From IMG/VR virus record IMGVR_UViG_3300013307_000002, positions 18,362-82,361 of that record: a stretch of DNA of 64,000 nt. One strand, written 5' to 3'. The position numbers and the translations under genes are program-made. The notes beneath the pieces are model-generated. The model did not search any database, had not been told where the DNA came from, and saw nothing but the letters and a program-made list of their open reading frames with translations. Below are positions 1 through 7,681 of the stretch, one piece after another (positions within the stretch are counted from its first letter, which is position 1; each line of letters opens with the position of its first letter). Source of the stretch: a virus.

Positions 1-970
1 TAATACCAATATCGACACCAGCAACACGACGCCAGTGATCAGGGATTGGGAACGATTCACAACGAATCATTTCATCTGACACGTCATAGATTAGACCACT
101 ACCCATAACTGGTTCACCTCTTGAACGCATCTGAACTTGCCAGTCTGGAATAGCCGCTAACATATTTTTAATATCTTCCTCAGTGATATGCGGAGCATCC
201 CACCAAGTTGCATTTTGCCAATAGAGATCCCCATCTTTGTTGACCATGAACTTATCAACTAACTCAGTACGTCCGTTCTCTGGTGTAGCTGTTAACACTA
301 CCAAGCCTCTTGTTGTCAGAGTACGTGTAACACACTGAGAAAAGATGTTCATGCTATCGTAGGGATCTTCTTCATCTAGCCAAATGAAATCTACTGTAGC
401 ACCCATGAGTGCGTGTTCACCCTGTTGGGTAGAACGGAATTCTAATGTACTTGTTCCATCAAATTCGCCTCTCGCGTTGAAGTGTTTAACTTGTACAATT
501 AGAATCTTGTTACCATCTTTTTCTATTGTGTCAAAGTCGATGCAGTCACGCGGGATAGCTCCTGTACCAAGTGCTCCCAAATCTTTGGCTACCGGCGTAC
601 CGAACAATTCTTTTTGCAGAACCTTTCTTGTTGAGTCTCCAGTAATACCAACTGCCCAAGCGAGGATGGGCTTATTAAACCTATGACCAGTCCACCACGT
701 TGGATACCTTCCGGTTAAATGACATGCCATCTCATATGCTTCACTGTAGGATTTCCCGACACGGTTAGCTGCACAGAGAAACCTAAAGCGATAGTCTTTG
801 CTAGCACTATAGAATTGTTTTTGAAAATCGTAAGCATGGAAGTAATTCATCTTGTTATACTTCCGAAGGTTTTCCTTTTCCTGTAGCATTCGGAACAACT
901 CAGCCTTTTGTTCTTTATTCATTGTTCTCAGTGCGATTTCAATTTCTTGTGATAAATCAATATTAGACAT
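1..970 (-). CDS. terL: Terminase large subunit (N-terminal ATPase part; runs off the window start)
   Basis: Manual translation from ATG at 970 (RBS GGAGG) gives AANRVGKS (Walker A), FIWLDEE (Walker B), VLTATP coupling motif and the start of the nuclease domain (AGVDIG). Not in the ORF track because it is truncated. Confidence 0.9.
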   Translation of the reverse strand, partial: MSNIDLSQEIEIALRTMNKEQKAELFRMLQEKENLRKYNKMNYFHAYDFQKQFYSASKDYRFRFLCAANRVGKSYSEAYEMACHLTGRYPTWWTGHRFNKPILAWAVGITGDSTRKVLQKELFGTPVAKDLGALGTGAIPRDCIDFDTIEKDGNKILIVQVKHFNARGEFDGTSTLEFRSTQQGEHALMGATVDFIWLDEEDPYDSMNIFSQCVTRTLTTRGLVVLTATPENGRTELVDKFMVNKDGDLYWQNATWWDAPHITEEDIKNMLAAIPDWQVQMRSRGEPVMGSGLIYDVSDEMIRCESFPIPDHWRRVAGVDIGI

Positions 971-986
971 CTTTCCTCCATCCATG

Positions 987-1020
987 AAAAAAGGGCTAGA
1001 CCCTGTATTAGAGCTAGCCC
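987..1020 (-). terminator. Intrinsic terminator between terS and terL
   Basis: Minus-strand GGGCTAG...CTAGCCC stem followed by a T run, just upstream of the terL RBS. Confidence 0.6.
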
Positions 1021-1036
1021 CTTCCTATATTAACCT

Positions 1037-1453
1037 TTAGTCGTCTTCTGAATCCTCTTCTTTAGACGGAGGCAAAACATCTCCACCCAAACTCGCAGAT
1101 AAGAAGTCACGGATTTTATTATCCAGTTGATCTTCAGTGAGAGCATCATGCTCGTCCATCTTAACTTCAATCGAAGCAGCTTTCGGATATACCAGATCGG
1201 CAACCTTAGCAGCAGCTTTGAATCTCAGGTCAGGTGGAATGGTTGGATCTTGATAAATATCAATCATGACTTCATCAGGGGACAAACCAGCTTGTGCAAC
1301 TCTATCTAACATAGCTTGAGTTAATTTGTTTCGTTTACCTTTAGCTCTTCCGAACTTGTTTCCTTTTTCGAACTTACCTGACTGTGGGTTCATACCTTTA
1401 ACTTCATATTCATCAGTAACCCCAGCCAACCTTTTGAGTTGTTCGTTATCCAT
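1037..1453 (-). CDS. terS: Terminase small subunit
   Basis: Directly upstream of terL; GKFEKGNKFGRAKGKRNKLT motif typical of TerS N-termini. Confidence 0.75.
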   Translation of the reverse strand: MDNEQLKRLAGVTDEYEVKGMNPQSGKFEKGNKFGRAKGKRNKLTQAMLDRVAQAGLSPDEVMIDIYQDPTIPPDLRFKAAAKVADLVYPKAASIEVKMDEHDALTEDQLDNKIRDFLSASLGGDVLPPSKEEDSEDD

Positions 1454-1703
1454 TTATCAGTTCTCCTTTTCTTTCATTATAAATATTTTCGCGCCGGTTC
1501 CACCTCCGCCCCCAGCTACGCGGGGTCGTCGGCGTGTCGCTTACGCTCCTTCCTCTGAAAGAAAGAGAAGTAAGTCTATAAATGGCATGTTTGTTATGAA
1601 TGGCAGGTCAGCTATGAATGCACACCCAATACCATGAAGGGCAGGTTTCTCTCTGATAGATACTCCCCACCCCTCATAGCTTACGTACTCTTTACTACTT
1701 TCA

Positions 1704-2267
1704 TTAGCTCAGTACAATCTTACCTGTCTTTAATCCTTCCATGATTTCATCGTACGCTGGATGTTCATGAACAGGGATGGTGTTGTACTCATATGAATGG
1801 AATGGTTCTAAGCAATTGAGCTTACCATCTTTATCAACTTCTACTCGACAACCATTGATGATGTTGCCTGAATGCACATCTTGTTTAGCTAGGCCATTAA
1901 TGCGATGGTAGGCTTGAGGCCCATTCACCATTTCCATAAATCTGTTAGCAGAATCTTCTACTTCTTTGTTATCAACAATATGATAGAAAGTGTTGTGAAG
2001 GGGGTTCTTACCACCAGATAAGAAATTCTCATAATCCTCTAACTTGTTTGGATTATTCACTTCTCTCTCATATTCTTCTTCCAGAGAGATTGCATGACCT
2101 GCGATGTTAAGGGCATGTTCCTTATCATAAATATCATTAACAGCACCACCACGTAAGCTACTAACTAATTCAGTGAATTCAGTAGGAGTGATGTGACCTT
2201 CATTCAGTAGCTCATTCAGGATTGCTACTCTCTCATTAAAATTACTATTCATTAAATATGTCTCCAT
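1704..2267 (-). CDS. Hypothetical protein
   Basis: 187-aa ORF overlapping the HNH gene end. Confidence 0.6.
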   Translation of the reverse strand: METYLMNSNFNERVAILNELLNEGHITPTEFTELVSSLRGGAVNDIYDKEHALNIAGHAISLEEEYEREVNNPNKLEDYENFLSGGKNPLHNTFYHIVDNKEVEDSANRFMEMVNGPQAYHRINGLAKQDVHSGNIINGCRVEVDKDGKLNCLEPFHSYEYNTIPVHEHPAYDEIMEGLKTGKIVLS

Positions 2268-2740
2268 GTTTTTCTGTGTACTACATTATGGATGGTAGTT
2301 CTACCAACACCATACCTAGTAGCTAAAGCCCGAACCCCGTAAGTACGAGACTCCGGTATAAACTCTTTCCGTATCTGGAGAACATCTTCTTCAGTAAGTA
2401 CGTGTTTTCCGTGACGTTCAGAATATAAATTATTATTTACTGCGTGTTCTACATTAATCTTTTGTGTACACCACTCTAGGTTGTCTATGTGGTTGTTAAG
2501 CTTATTACCATCTTTGTGATTAACAACTAAACCTTCGTAGCTTTCTTGTGGATGCCAAGTCATAGCAATCAATCTATGAATGGGGAGGTAGTGAACTTTT
2601 TTGTCAACTGTAACCTTAACTTCTAAATATCCTGCAAGATTGATTCTGCAATATCTTTGTTTCTTATTTGTTGGTTTTCTTATTTCACCAGTCTCGTTTA
2701 CCTCTAACCAAGACTCCCAACCATTTACGAGTTTGAACAT
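2252..2740 (-). CDS. HNH homing endonuclease (HNH_3 plus C-terminal HTH)
   Basis: IHRLIA...VNHKDGNKLNNHIDNLEW motif; C-terminal LATRYGVGRTTI helix-turn-helix. Confidence 0.9.
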   Translation of the reverse strand: MFKLVNGWESWLEVNETGEIRKPTNKKQRYCRINLAGYLEVKVTVDKKVHYLPIHRLIAMTWHPQESYEGLVVNHKDGNKLNNHIDNLEWCTQKINVEHAVNNNLYSERHGKHVLTEEDVLQIRKEFIPESRTYGVRALATRYGVGRTTIHNVVHRKTWRHI

Positions 2741-3037
2741 AATGCCTCCAATAATATCTATACATCTTATTCATTATTGAAAGGTGGAATAGGGTTCCGT
2801 AATAGGGACACTTTTATTCTCAAAAATCCGACGAGTGGGGTATAGAGCTTTTGGCGAAAAGGCAGAAAGGGGAGTCCTCATTTGGTTTTTCCTAAACAGA
2901 ACTATCCTTGTTTGTCAATCGGAACTATCCTAAATCGCTAGCCATTCACCGCTATGCATACCTATGCACTACCTACCCCTACCCATTAATAACAGGGGGT
3001 TTTATTCAGAGGATAAACTATTCAGTGTTATATCTTA

Positions 3038-3858
3038 TAAACTATTGATTCATATAATATAAAAAATGTAGGAAATAACCCGTATTTATGTTGACAACGT
3101 GATGCCGATATGATAGGCCCGACTATAGAACTAAGCATAGACTATACTCTGAGTAACTAAGCATTCATTGCTATTGCATAACCATTCATTATCCGCTGAG
3201 AAAGATAAAGTCTAAAGCATTAATAGCTAAAGAATGATTACATTTCCCAGGGTTAATAAACGTAGATTATTCAGTAGGTTAGTTGTAGTAGAGTTAGTAA
3301 GTTGTTGATTCTTCTCTCTTTTCTTCAGAGTGTGTTTGAGTGTAACGAAAACGTTAAAGATGTTAGTAGAGAGTTATATGCCTGTTAAGTAATTGTAATT
3401 AGATTGTTAATAGGATGTTATTCATACTTAGAATAAATATAGTAACTTAATGAAATAATTCTTGACATTTACTATTAAATATGTTATAATATACTATTAG
3501 AATGATAGTAATAAGTTATAATGTTTTATAGAATTATTATTAATTGAAATATTATTATTAGAAATTATAACTCTTAGAATTATTAACAAGGTTAACTCTA
3601 TTACATTCAGATCCGTAGTCTATAAGTACCAGATTATAGAGTGATTATTGAGCAGTTAGATTAAGTGGTTGATTTATAAGAAGTTTTATTTGTTGATTGT
3701 TGGAACTGTACAAGATACGCATGTACGCGTTCTATCTACTGAGCGATGATTGATTGGTACTAGATAGATAAACTGTTTATAAATCAGTAACTTAGATGTT
3801 TAGTGCGATGGGATGATAAGAATTTAGAGATTATTTTCTCTTTAGAATCAATAACTTA
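3038..3858. promoter_or_regulatory. Cluster of five IHF-consensus sites
   Basis: WATCAANNNNTTR matches at 3038-3050(-), 3298-3310(-), 3662-3674(-), 3846-3858(+), and a one-mismatch copy at 3782-3794(+). Confidence 0.6.
3462..3490 (+). promoter_or_regulatory. Consensus sigma70 promoter
   Basis: TTGACA-17 bp-TATAAT perfect match with AT-rich upstream sequence. Confidence 0.85.
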
Positions 3859-3890
3859 GAAGAAAGATTGAAAATAGTTAGACAAAATGG

Positions 3891-3918
3891 TTGCAGTGAA
3901 GGGCGATTCTGATATTAT
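3891..3918 (+). promoter_or_regulatory. Early sigma70 promoter P1
   Basis: TTGCAG-16-TATTAT with extended -10 TGn. Confidence 0.6.
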
Positions 3919-3968
3919 GTATCTCAAGCCAGCAGCAACGGCTCAGACAACTAGAAGTTTGGTTGTCG

Positions 3969-3981
3969 TGCTCTTTAACAA
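3969..3981 (+). promoter_or_regulatory. boxA antitermination element 1
   Basis: TGCTCTTTAACAA, the rrn leader boxA consensus, immediately preceded by hairpin GACAACTA/TGGTTGTC. Confidence 0.8.
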
Positions 3982-4106
3982 TCAGACTGTTATGTTATCC
4001 CTTTAGTAACGATGTTACAAGCTAACGAGAATTAACTAGATTGCCGTTGAGGTTGTTACTGGAAACAGTGACTTAGCAAAAAGGTTAATTGAGAGTGAAA
4101 AAGAGA

Positions 4107-4134
4107 TTGACAGATTAAAACAGTCTGATAGAAT
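4107..4134 (+). promoter_or_regulatory. Early sigma70 promoter P2
   Basis: TTGACA-16-TAGAAT with TGn extension and GC-rich discriminator GGGCACC. Confidence 0.75.
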
Positions 4135-4206
4135 GGGCACCAAGTTGAACGGAAAGCCGCGCTGAATAAGTTTAGTAAGCCCCGCAAGATGTTTAGCTAG
4201 TAGTAC

Positions 4207-4219
4207 CGCTCTTTAAAAA
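4207..4219 (+). promoter_or_regulatory. boxA antitermination element 2
   Basis: CGCTCTTTAAAAA about 70 nt downstream of P2. Confidence 0.75.
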
Positions 4220-4272
4220 TTTAACTTCAGTCTGGTCTGATAAACTATCTACTTAGCAGGGGAAGGTTTATC

Positions 4273-4461
4273 ATGGCAAGAAATACTCTTAAACGTGTGA
4301 TGTTAGGTTATATCCTAATTGATAACGAAACGGGCGCTGTATTCGACAGAGGCCCACACGACAGAGAGTGGTCACTAGTGATTAATAAGTCACTGGCAGA
4401 TACTCTCAGAGATTGGGGCGGCAAGGCTGCCATAGTCGGGCAAAACGTTGTGTTTAAGTGA
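4273..4461 (+). CDS. Small early hypothetical protein
   Basis: 62-aa ORF with purine-rich RBS (AGGGGAAGG). Confidence 0.6.
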   Translation: MARNTLKRVMLGYILIDNETGAVFDRGPHDREWSLVINKSLADTLRDWGGKAAIVGQNVVFK

Positions 4462-4518
4462 TGATAGACTGGCGCTCAGGCGCTGGTTTATCAGACTAGA
4501 TTGAAGTTGAAAAAATTG

Positions 4519-4546
4519 TTGACCTGACCGGCGATTGCTGTATAAT
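4519..4546 (+). promoter_or_regulatory. Early sigma70 promoter P3
   Basis: TTGACC-16-TATAAT with upstream A-tract; shares CAAGTTGA start-site sequence with P2. Confidence 0.8.
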
Positions 4547-4604
4547 GGTTAACAAGTTGAGGCGATAAGCCTTAACAGATAACGGTGTAACAGCTTGTTG
4601 TCGA

Positions 4605-4617
4605 CGCTCTTTAACAA
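4605..4617 (+). promoter_or_regulatory. boxA antitermination element 3
   Basis: CGCTCTTTAACAA about 60 nt downstream of P3. Confidence 0.8.
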
Positions 4618-4620
4618 ACA

Positions 4621-4924
4621 GGATGATTACTTAACTAGCGAAAGCAATCGCTTAGAATGACGCTCAGGCGCTTCTATGATGGTTGTTAGTAGGTTGGTTG
4701 TGTGTAGCGGGTAAATAAGCACAATCGACAAGGTTAGTAGCGAAACAGAAAGCTGATTATCATATCGGGCTTTTGTAGCAGTCTGCCTATCCGGTGAGAC
4801 TAAGCGCAATAGCTGTAAACGGTAGATGAAAGGTTAATAAGAAGTGCGAACGCCCACTAAGTTAAGATGACAATACAGAATGTAACAATTCGCTTTTGTC
4901 TATCATCCGAGCGGCTAACGCCGC
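4621..4924 (+). ncRNA. Candidate structured ncRNA A
   Basis: No credible ORF; nested and crossing helices read by hand (see findings). Confidence 0.55.
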
Positions 4925-4926
4925 GC

Positions 4927-5181
4927 CCCGTTTAACAATATGGTTTTGATTCTATCCAAGTATGAGACTAGCGAGATAGTTTAGTGTTGAGGATTGAAAG
5001 CAGATAACTCCCTGTTGTAGTTTGATATAGTGATTCTGTGAGTAGTGGCTTAACGATAATCGCTGATAGTAAAAGTAGGGCATGAGTACGTGATAGGCCG
5101 GAAAGTGTGCGAACTGAAAACGGTGATTAGTGCGGCGTTAGAGATTATTTGGATTAAATAGAATCGCCTTTGTTAAACGGG
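4927..5181 (+). ncRNA. Candidate structured ncRNA B
   Basis: Closed by a long interrupted stem (4927-4938 with 5170-5181, plus GATTCTAT/ATAGAATC and CCAAGTA/TATTTGG); no ORF. Confidence 0.5.
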
Positions 5182-5297
5182 AGGATAAAATGTAAAGCGT
5201 AAAGGTTTACAACCTAAATTAATGTGAGGTGGCTTGGTGCCTTAATCTGAAAAAGATTATGTGAGCATGAGCCTCTTTACCTGTTGTCAGTGCGGTT

Positions 5298-5309
5298 ACT
5301 ACTGTGACG
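5298..5309 (+). repeat. Dispersed 12-mer ACTACTGTGACG (first of 7 copies)
   Basis: Exact copies at 5298, 7641, 8264, 12219, 17167, 42263 (+) and 57390-57401 (-). Confidence 0.85.
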
Positions 5310-5364
5310 GCGCTGATAATGGTAAACAGGTTTTTAAACAACACCTTAGCAGGGAGTGAAGTAA

Positions 5365-5661
5365 ATGGAAAAAATAACACTGGTTAGAATGTTTAGACAA
5401 TTACTTGTTAGTTCAATCGACAAGTTAGGCGCAGGCGGTATGAAACCGGAGGCTGTTTATCGGGAGTTTATCGCTCGCAAGGCTAACATCCTCGAAAATG
5501 TACACTCTACCACTAACCGCAAAGAGCATTTAGCGTTAATGCTTATTGCAAACAAAGTTTATGTGAACCCCACTAAAAAGGGCAGTAGCGAACTGTTAAA
5601 GAAAGAGTTTGAAACGTGTTTAAACAAACTCCCTTCAGCAGTTAACGGTTTTAAAAAGTAG
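5365..5661 (+). CDS. Early hypothetical protein
   Basis: 98-aa ORF with AGGGAG RBS. Confidence 0.65.
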   Translation: MEKITLVRMFRQLLVSSIDKLGAGGMKPEAVYREFIARKANILENVHSTTNRKEHLALMLIANKVYVNPTKKGSSELLKKEFETCLNKLPSAVNGFKK

Positions 5662-5728
5662 TAAACTGTAGTACAATCCGAGTGTAATAACTCAATCTCA
5701 TAAATAAATACTTTGAAAGGTAAATAAA

Positions 5729-6610
5729 ATGTCTAAAGTTGAAATCGTAAAAGGTCAAGATAACATCCGTAGCGTAATTGGCGCAATCGCTGGTAAAGCT
5801 AAAGCGTACAAAACCGTTATTTCTAGCGCAATCCTCTCTGCTTATCAGCACTACCGTTTACACGGTGATTACACCCTGCTGCAAGAAGCGTTAGACACTG
5901 TTTTCTCTATCAATTACCGTGATTACTCCGCCGTTGCTGATTTTGTTCGCTCTTACACTGAGCTGGAATGTGTTACTCTTAATCAGGGCCGCCGTCAGCG
6001 TGTTGAGATCGCTGGAACAATTGAATCTCAGATGGAACGCCCGGAAAATATGTCCATGAAAGATTGGAACGCTAAGCTGGAGTCTAAGCGTAGTGAAATG
6101 ATCATCCGTAATGGTCGCTTTGACGATTTTGCTACCGGCAAGCCGATCCCAATGAAGAATCCTAATTGGGTACAGGGTATGCCTAAAGATGAAAAGCAGG
6201 AAGGCGTAGTTTACGACGGCGACATCTTTGCATGGCATGATGATGTTAAATGGCTGCGCACTGCTGCCCCTACTGTTGGCGGTGAAAGCACTGAAAACCT
6301 GCGAGAGCTGCCGGTAGAGCAAGCGGTAAACGTCGCTGTTAAACTGGAAGATCGTGTCCTGAAATCCAGCAACAAGCCAGTGTTTGCTGTCCTGATTCAT
6401 ATGATGGAACGTTTTGAAGCTGAAACCGGCGTGTATGCTACTGATGAAGAGATTGAAACTTTCCAGCGCCGTGTAAATGCACTGCTGGAGCGCACCAAAG
6501 CGCGGTCAGAAAGCAAAGCAGAACGTGAAGCTGCTGAAAAGCAGGCTGCTGAAGAAAACAGCGGTGAGCAGGTAGTAACAACAGAGCAGGGCGAACCACT
6601 GCCTTACTAA
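5729..6610 (+). CDS. Early phage protein, probably highly expressed
   Basis: 293 aa; strong host-optimal codon bias (ctg, cgt, gct, aaa); H..HGD.T motif reminiscent of early podophage proteins. Confidence 0.75.
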   Translation: MSKVEIVKGQDNIRSVIGAIAGKAKAYKTVISSAILSAYQHYRLHGDYTLLQEALDTVFSINYRDYSAVADFVRSYTELECVTLNQGRRQRVEIAGTIESQMERPENMSMKDWNAKLESKRSEMIIRNGRFDDFATGKPIPMKNPNWVQGMPKDEKQEGVVYDGDIFAWHDDVKWLRTAAPTVGGESTENLRELPVEQAVNVAVKLEDRVLKSSNKPVFAVLIHMMERFEAETGVYATDEEIETFQRRVNALLERTKARSESKAEREAAEKQAAEENSGEQVVTTEQGEPLPY

Positions 6611-6764
6611 TACCTGATTGTATAAAAGTCAAAGGGCATAATCTAACAGGTTGTGCCCTTTATTGTATGCAATTATAAGATTTATGTTTACCCCGTCTTA
6701 AATGTAACCCTGCTAAGTTATTAGGCGGGGTAGACATACCCATTATTACTAGGAAAAATTATCA

Positions 6765-7163
6765 ATGTCTGAATTTGTACAGATGAAAGATGCTCAAACC
6801 GCTGAAGAGAAAGCAGCATCTATCGCAGCTATTGCAGCCCGTAGTAAAACACGCCACCTAACTAACTTTGGTTTAAGCCGTGGTGCTCTGCGAGTGTCTA
6901 AGCAGTCTGAAAATAGTGATGTCCGTAGCAGCGTAACATCTCGCTTTCGTAAACCTGCGGAACGTGGTACGTTAGAACATCGTGAGACGCGCAAAGTAAC
7001 TAAAGGCCGTCAGAAAGTTAAAGGTAAAACTATTGAGCCTGACGGCTGGTATACTCTTTCTCAGGGCGCTGATTGTGTGATGGGGCGTGATGAAAACAAA
7101 CGCACCAAAGCTACCACGTCACAAGGCGTTTTTGTGAACGGAAAGAATAAAGGGTTTAAATGA
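6765..7163 (+). CDS. Basic hypothetical protein
   Basis: 132 aa, K/R-rich, AGGA RBS. Confidence 0.7.
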   Translation: MSEFVQMKDAQTAEEKAASIAAIAARSKTRHLTNFGLSRGALRVSKQSENSDVRSSVTSRFRKPAERGTLEHRETRKVTKGRQKVKGKTIEPDGWYTLSQGADCVMGRDENKRTKATTSQGVFVNGKNKGFK

Positions 7164-7193
7164 TCAACTGCTGTTTATAAGGTAACTTTACCT

Positions 7194-7222
7194 AGCCACT
7201 CCTCCGGGGGTGGCTTTTTTTT
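7194..7222 (+). terminator. Intrinsic terminator
   Basis: AGCCACTCC-TCCG-GGGGTGGCT stem followed by a T tract. Confidence 0.85.
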
Positions 7223-7264
7223 GCTTAAAGAAAAGTGTAACCTTTTGTATAGGAATGTCTAACA

Positions 7265-7621
7265 ATGAAACAGCAAACAATATCTAAAGAGCGTCGCAAT
7301 GCGATGCATCGTAATTACAAGGCATACATAGGCAGGCTGATTGCCTTGTTCCCTGAAGTGTTTGACCGTGAAAACCCTAAGCCGCTGGCTATCGGTACTG
7401 CTGAAATGCTTCTCAGTCTGCCAGCGTTAAAGATGGATGATGATCTAGTGTCTGACGTGCTGGCTTGTTGGTGTAGCCGCCGGGAGTATATCCGTGCTGC
7501 TTATCAACTGCGGGAACGTTGGAACGTGGTCGGTGTGCCTGTTGGCCCTATCATTGATTGGCAACAGAAACGTTTTGACACTCTTTATCACAAGATGGTC
7601 AAGCGTGGTTTGTATAACTAA
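7265..7621 (+). CDS. ProQ/FinO-domain RNA chaperone-like protein
   Basis: LFPEVF...PKPLAIGT...WCSRREY...RWNVVGVPVGPI aligns by eye with the FinO/ProQ core (FP..F...PLKIGI...Y....Y...R.DL.G...G.). Confidence 0.8.
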   Translation: MKQQTISKERRNAMHRNYKAYIGRLIALFPEVFDRENPKPLAIGTAEMLLSLPALKMDDDLVSDVLACWCSRREYIRAAYQLRERWNVVGVPVGPIIDWQQKRFDTLYHKMVKRGLYN

Positions 7622-7681
7622 GCTATACGGGGCAGGTTTTACTACTGTGACGCCGCGCCCCCTCAGTAAAAGGAATTACTA

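Noticed and set aside
384-1637. Plus-strand ORFs at 384, 852, 1127 and 1326
   Set aside because: Antisense shadows of terL/terS with no RBS or motifs.
3091-3114. TTGACA...TATGAT as a sigma70 promoter
   Set aside because: Only 12 bp separate the hexamers; no good -10 at 16-18 bp.
4473-4672. Repeat CGCTCAGGCGCT at 4473 and 4661
   Set aside because: Only two nearby exact copies, explainable as small hairpin elements; not enough to call a separate feature.
4627-4809. Minus-strand 60-aa ORF
   Set aside because: Opposes strong plus-strand promoters, lacks an RBS and overlaps the structured RNA candidate.
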